A stretch of 64,000 nt of DNA from Basidiobolus meristosporus CBS 931.73 (taxonomy: Eukaryota; Fungi; Basidiobolomycota). This document shows positions 1 through 12,677 of this stretch, piece by piece; position 1 is the stretch's first letter, and each line of letters begins with the position of its first letter. Made by a program: the position numbers and the translations under genes. Where the stretch lies: positions 172,027 through 236,026 of the forward strand of contig MCFE01000021.1 in the NCBI GenBank assembly GCA_002104905.1. Direction: 5' to 3'. The notes under the pieces were generated by a model. It saw nothing but the letters and a program-made list of their open reading frames with translations, was not told where the DNA came from and searched no databases.

Positions 1-3000
1 ATTCTTGGAGAAGATATTTAGAGCAAAGTCAGTCTCAACCAAGATTTAGTTGAACAAAAGTTCTTCAACATGAGAAAGAAGCCAGATGATGACAACTACA
101 ATTTATTACCAGAATGGAGACACTTGCAGAAGAGCTTTACAGTATTAATGCTGGTGTAGATGATGAAGAAATGATGCACTGTCTGCTTTGTGGCTTATTA
201 GACAAGTATGAACCGCTCATATTTTCTTTTGAGAGCAGGGAACTCAATTTGACTTTAGACTATGTCAACAGAACTAATGTACTCCATGTGCCTGGAAAAG
301 CTAAGAACCAGCTCTCAGTTAGTAAAGCAACTACTTTGGGACTAAAATTTGTTTTGATAAGCTGAGCTGCTCAATATTGAGTGACAATGGACAAAAATTA
401 GCTTTGGGAATCAGAGATGACATTTATACTGGTTATAATGTAGGATTATTGTATCTGAATATGTTAATATTGCTATAATTGATGAACCTAACTGGGATAC
501 ATGGAATAGGAAGCTAAGACACATTGCAGAGCAGAAAATGAGCCAATTAGTGAAAAATTAACTTGTTTTAGGCCCTAATTACCCAAATCCAATAAAATTG
601 AGTGTGTGTAAGGGATGTTCATATGGTAAACAAGCTAGGCAATGTTTCAGGAGCTCAGGATGCATCAAAACCACCAAAATATTGGCTATTGTGCACTCAG
701 ACATATGTGGACCCATGAGAACACTGTCTTATGGAGCCAAGAGACACTTAATGATGGTAATTGATAGCAAGACAAGATATACATGGGTGTACCTACTCAA
801 GACAAAGGATGAGGCTTTGAAGACATTTAAGCACTTCAAAAACATGGCAGATACACCAACTGGGCGTAAAATAAGAATACTTTGAGGAGACAATGGAGGG
901 GAATACTGCTCAAAGGAGTTTGCAAAATACTGCACATCTATTGGTATACTTTGGCAGACCACTGTTCCACACACTCCACAGCAGAATTGAGTAGCAGAAT
1001 GTGCAAATAGAACAATATTAAAGATGGGAAGATCTATACTACATGATAAGGGAATGGACTATAAGTTTTGGGCTGATCTGTTACTACCATGGTATACCTC
1101 AATAATATATGCACAATAATAGCACTACATGACTCTACACCCTGTGAAGCATATACAGGCTGAAAACCAAACCCCCAGCACCTAAGGATCTTTGGCAGTG
1201 ATGCTTTTCATGACATCCCTGACAAAAAAATGCTCAAAGCTGGAACCAAAGAGTAGAAAAGGGATCTCTCTTAGGTATTGTGAGGATAATAAAGGGTATA
1301 GAGTGTATGATGGCCAGATTCAGAAGCTAATCAAGAGCAGAGATGTTGTATTTGAGGAGAACTCAGATCAGAATGCCACTGAAATCATTGGCTAGCTGCC
1401 TGATGATGCAATCAAAACAAATGAGGAAGATATTTACCTAACTCTCCAAGATATTAAAGATAATTTAGCAGTTCCAGATCAGAGCAGATTATCCCAGTTA
1501 GGATATCTACCACAAAAAGAAATGCCCCTGGATCCTGGTGGGAGACATCCAATGATCATGAAGAAGCTTGTCTTGCCTGATGTGCTTAACCTCTGAATGT
1601 GGAACAGGCAATGCAAAGTCCAGATGCTAAAATTGTTATGATCTTCCACATGAATGATTAAGTCAGATCAGTTTTTAGTCAAATCAATTAGTAATATGCT
1701 TAGCCTATTAGTATATCAATGATATCTATCAAATCAGTAGCATTAGTCAGCAAATGAATCATCAGATCCTTATCAGACAGAATTAGATATATTCAGTAGG
1801 ATCTTATTGGGTGATGATGATGCAATCATATCAGTCATCAGCCACTACCAACCTTAAGAAATACAAATAGTCAGCAATTGATCTGGCAAAATGTATATAA
1901 GGAGCTGCTTGAACCTCAATAAAAATCAGTTCAAATTTTAGTGAATACAATACTAGCTAAATTCTCTATTTCTTTACAACTCTTATATCAGGACTTGTAG
2001 AATAATGTAGCAACAAGCCATGCTGGAGGAGTACCATTTACTAATCTGGGCAAAATTGTGGGAACTAGTGGACTTACCAAATGGTGGAAAGTCAATAGGA
2101 TGTAGAAGGGTTTAAAAGATCAAGATAACCTCAAATAGTACCATTAATAAGTAAAAGGCTAGATTTGTGGCTAAAGGCTATTCCCAGATCCAGGGACTAG
2201 ATTTTAAGGAAACACTTGCTCCAGTTGCCAAATTTAACTCCATTAGGACAGTTCTAGCCCTGGAAGCTATACACAGTCTAGATCTACACCAAATGGACAT
2301 CAAAACAGCCTTTTTAAATGTGGATCTGCAAGTAACTCTAAATATAAAGCAACCAGAGGGTTTTACCAATCCAAAAGGTCCTCATAAGGTGTGCAGACTT
2401 AGGAAGTTGCTTATGGGCTTAAGTCAGTGCCAAGAGCATGGTGTAACAAGATCAACATATATCTAGAGGAGATTGTGTTCATTTATAGCACTGCAGATCA
2501 CAATATGTATGTGAGACAGCTCAAAAAGGGTGTGATAATCCTGGTCCTTTATGTGGACAACCTAATAATAGCCACAAGTGACCAGGAGGTACTTAAACAG
2601 ACAAAATCAGATCTCTTCAGCAAGTTTGAGGTGAAAGATTGTGGAAAATTGGGCTATTTTCTTGGGATTGGAGTCAAATTTGACATACCTAAGCAGGACA
2701 TTGTGCTGAATCAGTCTAAGTACATCAGCAACATTCTTAGATGCTTTAAAATTGATTATTGCAAGCCTGCAGCTACCCCAGGGACAATTCTTTATGCTGG
2801 TGCAGCTATTACTTGAAATTGCAAGCAACAACCAACTGTGGCCCTATCTACAACTGTAGCTGAGTTTATGGCTACTTGTCAAGCAATTGAGGAGGCTCTA
2901 TGGCTACAAAAATTACTCAAAAACTTGGGTGTTAATTCAGATGAGCCAGCATGTACTTACAAGGATAATCAAGGTTGTATTTCACCAGCTAGGAATCTTA

Positions 3001-3295
3001 CTGATCATGCCAGAACTAAGCACATAGATATACAACACCACTTTGTAAGGGAAGCTGTAGAAAGTACCTTAGTAGAGTTAGTCTACTGCCTAATTGACAA
3101 GATGGTGGCAGTTATAATGACAAAACCACTGGCTGGGCCACAATTTGAGAGTTTCAGAAAAGAATTAGGATTAAAAAATTATTTGGTTGAGGGGAGTGTG
3201 TAAGTACTGGACTATTTGGTATCATTCAGCAGCTAAAAATCTACTTAATAATTCTGGACTAGTCCTGGTTGCAGTCAGACTAACCAACAGCCTCA
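1..3295 (+). mobile_element. Ty1/copia LTR retrotransposon, family A copy 1 (5'-truncated by window, decayed gag-IN-RT-RNaseH, PPT, partial 3' LTR)
   Basis: ORF fragments with copia motifs: C-x2-C...HSDICGP integrase (598-885), YRVYD (1192-1395), [25 protein letters not shown] (2167-2816), RNaseH TKHIDIQHHFVRE (2838-3203). PPT AGGGGAG at 3190-3196 is followed by TGTG at 3197. 3197-3295 is homologous to the minus-strand LTR at 23711-24080. Many stops and frameshifts. Confidence 0.93.
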
Positions 3296-5087
3296 ATGTT
3301 CTATTTGAAGCATCTAATAATGTCCCTGTAATACTTGGACTGACTGCACAAATATCCTGCATAGGCCTGCTCAATTTGACTTCATTTCCAAGAAGAGAGC
3401 TCCTTTTCTCAAGATCTTTGATATCAGAATTGATGGAAAAGTCTGATTTGTTTGTTTAAGTGCCTTCTAGTCTCTTGTAGCTATTGTTAGGTAGTCTGTA
3501 CAGAGTACCATAATAAGCATTCCCTTTTGAAGCTGCTCCAATTGTAAATTGTGATCTACAGTGCAGCAAAGGAACCAAACTCATAAATATAAGTGTAAAT
3601 GATGTAATACCATGCTCTAGGTGCCTACTTAAGCCAATAAGGTGTGCACACCATATGGGGGCCTTATAGATTGACAAAACCTTCTGGTTACTGCTGTCAG
3701 ATTTAACAACATCAGATAAAGCTTACTTACTTAAGTTATCTTGGGACATGGACAATTATTGTTATGAATCTTAAAAAGATACCATCTAGTAGTGAGATTT
3801 AAATGTTTAATCCAAAAAAATGTTACATTTAAAAAATCAATGTGGATATATATGCATGAATGATGGAACCTGGAACACCAATAGAAATCATATCTCCTTC
3901 TGGAAGAACCCCATTCAAGAATGTTGTTTTGAAGTCCACTTGGTGCAGATCTAGAATCTTTACAGCTTCCAGCGCTGGAACTCTCCTAATGGTGTTAAAT
4001 TTGGCTACCAAAGCAAATATTTTCTTGAAGTCTAGTTTGTGGATCTGGGAATAGCCTTGGGCATCTAGACTTTGCATTGCCTGATTCAGATTCTGAGATC
4101 TAGCACATATGGTATGAGAAGCTTCTTCATGGTCATTGGATGCCTGCCACCAAGATCCAAGGGCATTCTTATTCTAGTAGATCTCCTTACTGGGATATTC
4201 TGTACTGATCTGAAACTAGTATACTTTGATTCTGCATTTGGCTGCATTAGATATGAATCTTGCTCAGTTGCAGTGGTTGCATTGTCAAACAGTCAGCCAA
4301 TGATCTTAGTTGCTTACGGATCTAAGCTCTTCACAGATACAATAGACTTGTTCCATTGTACTGTGCCCAGGCACGCGGTGCAATCCGCAGTCTTTAAGAG
4401 CAATTGGGTGCAATATTGTAGCTACCAGTAGGCAGGATTGCTCTTGGACAATTTTGTACCATGTGGGATGATCTTGCACACTATGGCACACTCTGACACA
4501 ATGAGGTTGGCACAAATGATTGTGCCCACTTGTAATGTTTGCACCATGTACGCAATTGGATACCGCTATTATGGTAGGTAAAATCCAGTATCTGGATATG
4601 TTTCTTTAATGTAAATGGAAATAAATGCGTATCACACTATAAACTACACCGATACTTACCATTTTAGTTACAATCACTCCAATTGGATGGTATCTCAGTG
4701 GTTAATTGGTCCAAAAGTATTTCAAAGCTTTCAGCCCCCAATTGGCTCTTTGACCATACACAAGCTACCTGATTTGCCATCAAATATCCCATTTTGCCCA
4801 TTAAGCAAGTAAATCCCTGATCCTGGTGATTGGATAAGGTGTCATAGCTAGCACACAACCAATTGTATGGGTGCAAATCAGATCAAATGGCTGCACTGGT
4901 GCCACAGATGATGTATACATATGCAGGGTGTTTATTTATAGGGGTCCTGTCTCAAATGTGAGACAACCTTAATATTGTTTATATCAAAAACTTAGTGATC
5001 ACTGATTTGAGATGGCTTGATGCAGATTGCAAAAAAGAAATGCGTTGTTTAAATCATTACAAATAATAGCAATTCAATGCAAAGGCA

Positions 5088-6472
5088 TCATCTTCTCCTA
5101 GGCGTTTTTCTCATAGGGATTACTACTGAAGCATTTAGTAGTGATTCACTTTGCACACCTAAACTACTTCCTTGTTGACTATCCTCTTGGCTACTTGTGT
5201 ATTTGTAGTCTGTATTTTGCCTCCTAGTTGATGAGTGCAATGCTGCAACTTGGCCATGCTGAATTGTTCCATATGATCCAACTGAGCCAGCCTGCAGTGC
5301 TATGTGCTGATGCGCTCTTTTACTTGCCATAGGCTCTGGTGGTGGAGGCACTTCATGTGGGTCATCATCCGTCAGTTCACCAGAAGAAACTTGCAGATGG
5401 TCAGGTGTAATGGCATGCGCAGATGCAACTCAATGCGCTGGAACAACCCTTGGCCGAGTTTGATGTGATGCCACTTGTTGACATGACTTGGCCTGCTCCA
5501 ATGGACTTGTGTCTTTTTGAGCAGTTTGGCGGGTTTTGGCAGTTTTGCTCTGAAGCGCATGCATTGACTCAATATGCATTGAGTCAATGCAGGGCGCTCT
5601 TGCAAAGGGTGCTAGCATAGTTTGGGCCAATGTGTGCTGGCGTGCTGAAGTTGCAAGGGATGGTAAGGAATCCAGCAAGGTGTGCTGGCGCAATCTAGAC
5701 AATGTTGCCTGCAGTCTGTATTCTTCCTCTTGAATCTCACCTTCTGATTCCTCAAGGTATTCACTTACTCTCTGTCTAATACTTTGCAACTGTTGCCTGG
5801 ATGAGTCCTGTGTATATTCTCTTGGAAGCCACTTAGCTCTACTAATATGTCATGTAATACATCAGTCATTTGAGGCAAAAACTCATTCAAAATCTCTTTG
5901 GTTCCCTAAATCAAGGCAAAACAGATGTGTCTGTCCCATACTGTGCAAATTGCATGCAAAATTGTTCCTGCGTGGCTTCCTCATCAAATCCCCTCACGCT
6001 CAGCTTATTCTTGATTTCAATACTTGTCTTGTTATATATCTTCTTACATACATCTGCTGGCATCTTGATGTAGAACTCATGCCACAGCTTTCTACTCAGG
6101 TTCTTCCATCTCTGTCAACTCTCCAAGGTATCTAGTTGTGCTAGATTAATGAGTAGTGCCCATATATCTGTATGAAGGCTCATCATAGACACTTGGGCCA
6201 GACTGAAATCATTTGGCAAGAACTCAAACAGATCTAACATTGCCTTTTGCAGTCTGGACCACGTTTGTGAGCTGGGGGATGGGTTTTGTCTGGGTTGAAC
6301 TAAAGATGAGTTGAGACATGGTATAGGGACCATGGTGACAGATTTGGATACTTATACAGTGGTGTATTGGCATCAACCTGGTCTTATATGAAATATATAT
6401 GAAAACAATGTGATTGTTGAATTTTCCATATATTATGCATGATGCATCTTGGATTGCATTGACATGGATCAA
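5088..6472 (-). pseudogene. Possible second (accessory) ORF of the PHIS element, decayed
   Basis: Several broken minus-strand ORF pieces (5088-5351, 5430-5789, 6115-6472) with acidic/coiled-coil character lie inside the TIRs, divergent from the transposase. No domain recognised. Confidence 0.3.
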
Positions 6473-6639
6473 ATCACATCAATCTCAAATCTCCTATTTG
6501 ATTAAAGACTTGTGAGTAAAACATCAATAAAAATACCCAGTCATAGTTTGAGGATGACTTTTGCAACACAATGATGGGACACATGGCAATTGACGGAGAT
6601 TTAATCATAATGCATGGAAAATCACATAAATAAAGCTGA

Positions 6640-7575
6640 TTGCGCCAAATTGAATCAAATCATATCAGCACAATCCTCACCAATTTTAATATGACTTACT
6701 CATCTGAATGGTGTTTTCTTATCAATCCCATCACTACCACCGGTTTTCCTTTTGACAAACCAGAGGAGATCTATACCAAGTACTGTGGTCCATCTACCCC
6801 AATCTACTCAAGGAGATCCCATGTTAAGCTTCTCTGCTATCACAAAAACTATTGCCTTGCAAGGTTTCATCCCACCATCCATGGCAACAAAAGTCCTAGA
6901 AGTTTTCATTCTCAGCTGACAGCAATGGAGAACCACCTTGCTGAGGGTATGAATGACTTGGAGCAAGCTTGGATTACTAGGTTTAGAAGCTCCAATAGAC
7001 TTTGATATCCCAGAGTGTTCAGCAACAGGTTCCATATAAAGAGTATTTTGGATACCTTCCCAGTCAGGATTAACAGACCTTCTAGAGGGTAGAGGCACTT
7101 TTATTCTGGCAAGTACAAGGCACACTGTGTGAAGCTTCAAGCACTGTCTGACATTAAGGGTAGCATCATCTGGTTTAGTGGGCCATTTACTGGAAGTAGG
7201 CATGACAAAGCACTCTGGGTAGAGAATCATTCAGAATACAGTAGAGGGGAGAAATGTATGGCAGACTTAGCTTATATAGGAGAGGATTGTCAGAGATTAG
7301 GATGTATTACAGCTTATAGGAAGCCAAGGAATGGTGTGCTTAGCAGGAAGCAGGAGCTCTACAATGAGATATATAATCATTTCAGAGTGATGGTAGAGCA
7401 TACATTTGGATATCTGAAGAGATTCAGCATATTGGCAGGTAAATACAGAGGAAAGTCATATATAGGAGTGCACAGCAGAATAAGTAAAATAGTTAAGATA
7501 CTTATCAATGCACAGTATATTCATACAAGAAGACATCCACTGAGAGAGATGTGTTTGGAGCATTATGTAGAGTAA
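6640..7575 (+). pseudogene. DDE_Tnp_4 (PIF/Harbinger/ISL2EU-like) transposase with two in-frame stops
   Basis: One frame reads ...ILDTFPVRINRP..*RHFYSGKYKAHCVKLQ...GPFTGSRHD...MADLAYIG...RVMVEHTFGYLKRF. Stops are TGA 7003-7005 and TAG 7090-7092, both compatible with C>T from CGA/CAG. The true start is uncertain. Confidence 0.88.
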
Positions 7576-10500
7576 ATAAAGCAAGGAAAGCACTACTCTG
7601 AGCAACATAAGTAGAATCAAGTAAAATTACCAGTAACTATAACCTATCACTGGCATGATGGTAAAAATTATAGTGCCAGATAGTGCCAGATCAATCCGGC
7701 ACCATAAACAGGCTTGCACTATGTGGCACTATCTAATGGAGCAAGTCTAATGTCTCTGCTCTTGATCAGCTTCTCAATTTTGCCATCACATAATCTGTAC
7801 CCTTTAGTATCTTTACATTAGCCATGAAAGATCCCTTTTCTACTTTTTGGTTCCAACTTTGAGTGTTTTTTGTCAGAGATATGATAATTACAAGTCTTGA
7901 TGTAAGAGTTGTAAAGGAATTGGGAGTTTAGCTAGTATTGAATACACCTACATTTGAACTGATCTGTCTTGAGGTTCCAGCAGCTACTTATTTACATTTT
8001 GCAAAATCAAATGCAGACCAATTGTATTTCCTGATGTAGGTTGCATCTGATGACTCATTTAGTGGCATCATTTCCACCTAATCCTATCTTACTGAGTATA
8101 TCTATTTGCTTATGACAAGGATCTACTAATTCATCTGCTGACTAGCACTACTGATATGATAGATAAAATTAATATACTGCTAGGCTAAACATGAAATTAA
8201 TTGATTAGACTAAAAGCTGGTCTAATTTGGACACTCAGGCATTAGATCATAACACAATAGAAAGCATTACTACCAAAGATGCTAATATGCTGAAGGGCTT
8301 ATGTTTTGCCTGTATATGCATTAAAGGGTGTAGAGTCCTGTAGTTCTGTTGTAGGGCATCTATTTCTGATGCATACTGTGGTAGCAACAGATTCAGCAAT
8401 AAACCTGTGGTCCATTCCCTTATCATGTAGTATACATCTTCCCTATTTGCTATTGTCTTATTTGCATGTTCTGCCCTTCCATTTTGCTGTGGAGTCTATT
8501 TGGCATTGCTCTGTTAAAGTATTTCCAGCAGTTGAGTAATTCTTTGCAAACTCCATAGAGCAGTATTATCCTGCATTGTCACTTCAAAGAACCTTCAACC
8601 TACACCCAGTTTTTGCTTGTGCCATGTTCTTGAAGTGCTTGAGCATATCTAAAGCATCATCCTCTGTCTTTAGGAAGTACACCCATGTATAATTTATCTT
8701 GTCATCAATAAACATCATATAATATCTCTTGGCTCCAAAGAACAGGGTTCCAATAGGCCCACATATATATGAGTATTTGATAGCCAGTATTTTGGTGGCA
8801 TGAATGCCCCCTGAGCTTCTAAAACATTGCCTAGTTGGTGTGCTATAGGAGCATCCCTATAGACATTCAAATTGATTGGTATTGAATAATTGAATCCCAA
8901 AACAGGTTGATTTTTCACCAGTTAGGTCATTTTCTGCTCCTTCATGTGTACTAGCCTTCTATGCCAAGTTTCTAAGCTAGTTTGATCAGCTTCAGCAATG
9001 TTGACATACTCAGGCACAATGATTTTGCATTTTAACTTGCATATAATGTGGTCCCTGAACCCCAAGGCTCTTCATGGAGCAGTCCTCCTTATACATACTC
9101 TAAAGTCAGATTATCTTCTCTGCTTTCAGAAGAAAGTATCAGTGGCTCTTACTTGTCTGGTCAGCTCCACAGCAATAAGAGTATCCTTTCTTCATCATCT
9201 ACACCAGCATTAATACTGTAAAGTTCTTCTGCAAGTGTCTCCATTCTGGTAATGAATTGTAGTTGTCATCATCTGGCTTCTTCCTCATGTTGAAGAACTT
9301 CTGTTCAAATAAATCTTGATTGAGACTGACTTTGCTTCAAGGATCTTCTCCAAGGATTCCCATGCTGCTTTGGCAGTTTTGAAGCATTCATTTGTCCAAT
9401 GAAGGAATTTTGCACATTGATGCTTTTGGCATTGAATGCCTTTCTCTCCTTCTCTTGAAATTTCACCACTTCTTCTGCTGTACCTTTGGGCTCCAACTAT
9501 CAAGTGTGGAAAGTGAAGACAAAGATGCTGCTACAAGAAAGAGGTCTTTGAGATATTGTCATGGGAGATGAATGCCCTCCTAAAAATATGGGAGAGGAAG
9601 CCTTAAAATACCAGAAGAAGGAACAAAGTGCCTTTAACTGCATTTGCCTTAATGTTAAAGACAAACTGCTAATTCAATGCTCAAGAGTAAAAACAACAAA
9701 GAATGCCTGGAAGGCATTAGATGACACCTACCAGGCATGTTCAGCTGCTAAAAAAGTGTTTCTGAGACAAAAATTCTTTACTACAAAGATGCTGCCAGGA
9801 GAAGAAATGAAAAATCTAATAAACAGAATTACACTGCTGGTGGATGAAATGGAATCTGTGGGTGTACCAACTACTGATGAGCATGTGATAATTATCATCC
9901 TAGATAGCTTGACAAACAAGTTTCAGGGCCTTGTATCAGCCCCAGAGTCTGAACCTGAAGATTTGACCTTCAATTATGTAAATGGAAGGCTTGTGGATGA
10001 AGAATTAAGAAAATCAAGTGCCAATAAGAAGGAAGAAGAAAATGCTTTAATAAGCAATGATAACCAATAAAAGAGGTACCCTAGACCTTACAAAGGCAAC
10101 AGCAACCTGTTTTCCAACTACTGCAAAAGGAAAGGGTAAACTTCAAACTTGTGCTTCAAAAAGAGAGATAGTCAGCAGAAAAAGTCTGAATATGGAAATG
10201 CTGCTACAACTGAAGATAGACTATTCATATTTGCACTAGATATGACTCCAAACAAGGATTCTCAGACATGGTATATTGATTCTGGAGCATCTTAACACTC
10301 TACACACCAAAAAGAACTTTTTACCCAATATCAAGTAGTTCCAATTAAGAAGGTTTTCATGGGTGATAATAGAACACCTGATGCAGTGGGAGAAGGAACT
10401 ATCCAAGTAAGCCTCAGAAGCAGTGAAGGAAGCCATACACTGACTTTTAAGGAAGTACTCTATGTGTCAGAAATAGCCAAGAACCTACTATATGTAAGCA

Positions 10501-12677
10501 AGGCTACTGCAGAAGGACTCAGTTTCAACTTTAACAATTCTGCATGCAATATCAGTCATCAAAATGGCGCTCATGTTGCTTTGGGTATCAGAGATCAGAA
10601 TCTAGACAAGTTGACTTATTTTCCATCATATTTGGAAGCCAATATAAGTAATTTTAATGAAGAAACACTGATGCTTTGGCACAGGAGATTTGGGCACATC
10701 AATTTTGATTATTTGCACAAAATGATCAAATATCAGTTAATATCTGGAGTAAAAGTTGATCCACCAGCAAATTTGGAGCAATGTGAAGCCTGCATATATG
10801 GGAAACACGCCACAAAACTGTTCAAGGGCTCTGGGTTAATCAAAACTAAAAAAAATTTGATCTAATTCACTCAGATCTGTGTGGACCTATGCAAAATTCA
10901 TCCTCAGGCAGGATGAGGTATTTAATCACTTTTATTGATGATTATACAAGATACTTGATGGTTTACTTCATGGAGTGAAAGGAAGACGCTCTGTCTAAGC
11001 TCAGGGAGCTCAAAGCCATGATGGAGAAAGAAACCGGTGAAAAAATCAAGAAAATACACTCTGACAATGGTGGAGAATATACCTCAAAACTCTTCATCTA
11101 CCTCTGCAAAATTCATGGGATAAAGCAGGAGACTACTGTACTATACTCCCCACAGCACAATGAAGTAGTAGAATGTGCTAACAGATCAATAGTAGATATG
11201 GCCAGATCTATGATCCATGATCAAAAATTATCCTATGATTCTTGAGCAGAATCAGTTGTTACTGTTGTATACCTTAAATGTAGGAGTTACAACAGAATAC
11301 TTTGTGATTCTACTCCATTTGAAGCATATTATGGGTACAGACCAGGTGCAGAACATCTAAGATTATTTGGGTGTACAACATATGCCAAAAAACTGCCTGG
11401 AAATCAGTCAAAATATGAGCCAAAAAGTGTAAAATGCATATTATTGGGTTACTGCAATGAGAGTAAAGTGTACAGACTCTACAATACCAAAGCAAAGAAG
11501 CTAATCAAGTCTGAGGATGTGTTGTTTGATGAAAATTCAAAATTTCCACAAAAAATGACATCAGAAGATGACAAAAATCTGATCTCAAGTCCATCAATTG
11601 TCAGGATTGAATCAGAGCAAAACAATGAGATTTTTTTCACTCCAGATGACTCTGCAACTATGATGCAGCCTGAAGCAGTGCCCAGGAATATCCCAGAAAT
11701 GATCATTCCAGTATCATATGCCCAGAGATCCAATCAAACAAGAAATAGCCTAAATTACTATATCAATGAGGGACAGACTTAGCCTATGCCTATTCAGTCA
11801 ATATAGATGAACCCTGGACTGTAAAAGAGGCCCTAAATAGCCCTCAGACAAAGTTTTGGAGATCTGCAATGACCGAGGAATATCAGGTCCCAATGGAAAA
11901 TCAAACTTGGGACTCAGTCAAATTAACAATCAACCAAAAATCAATTGGATGCAGATGGGTCTTCAAGACAAAATACAAGGCTGATGGTACAATTGAGAGA
12001 TGCAAAGCAAGACTTGTGGCCAAAGGATACTCCAAAACAAAGGCTCTTGACTATACTAAAACCTTGGCACTGGTAGCCAAGTTTAATTCCATCAGATTAA
12101 TATTAGCTATTGCAGCCAAATATGAGTTTTTATTCATCAAATGGTTGTAAAAGCTGCATTTTTGAATGGAGAACTTGATGAGGACATGTATATAGACCAG
12201 CATGATGGATTTGCTGACCAAGATAGCTCCCATTTGGTCTGGAAGCTTAAAAAATCACTATATGGTCTCAAACAATCACCAAGAGCCTGGAATTGCAAGA
12301 TAGATATTTATATGGAATCTTTGAGTTTCAAAAGGAGTAAAGCTGACAATAGTATATACTGTAAGCCACATAGAGTAGATCCAGCTCTATTAGCTCTATA
12401 TGTGAATGATCTTATTATAGCCACCAATAATGTAGCAACATTGGAAGAGACTAAATCCAGCCTATCTAAGGAGTTCAAGATATCCAATCTAGGAGAACTC
12501 AGTTACTACTTAGGGATTAAGTTCTCCATAGACAGAAGTACCCAGACTATCACCCTAAGCAAATCCAAATATATCCAAGATATATTAAAGAAGTACAAAA
12601 TGGAAGACTATAGCTCAGCAGCTACCCCAATGGAGACAAACCTTAACTTGGTCAAAACTCAACCTAATCAAGAGAGC

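Larger units (their letters stand above)
4344..7748 (+). mobile_element. PIF/Harbinger-superfamily (PHIS, Pangu-like) DNA transposon, 3405 bp, AAT TSD
   Basis: Left end AAT|AGACTTGTTCCATTG (TSD 4341-4343). Right end TAATGGAGCAAGTCT|AAT (TSD 7749-7751), an imperfect TIR. Subterminal TAGTGCCA/TGGCACTA motifs at 7671-7732. The joined flanks restore the copia sequence (aagagcagagac-att-gtatctg vs aagagcagagat-gtt-gtatttg in copy 1). Contains a DDE_Tnp_4-type transposase. Confidence 0.9.
3296..9495 (-). mobile_element. Ty1/copia family A copy 2, inverted, internally deleted and interrupted by the DNA transposon at 4344-7748
   Basis: The reverse complement of 9240-9350 matches 1-170 (gag). 7749-8200 matches the integrase and spacer of copy 1. 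4061-4340 matches 1340-1630. RT fragments: QGYSQ...LHQVDFKTTFLNG at 3829-4077 and SQSKYYRDIIRCFK near 3300-3360. Boundaries approximate. Confidence 0.88.
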
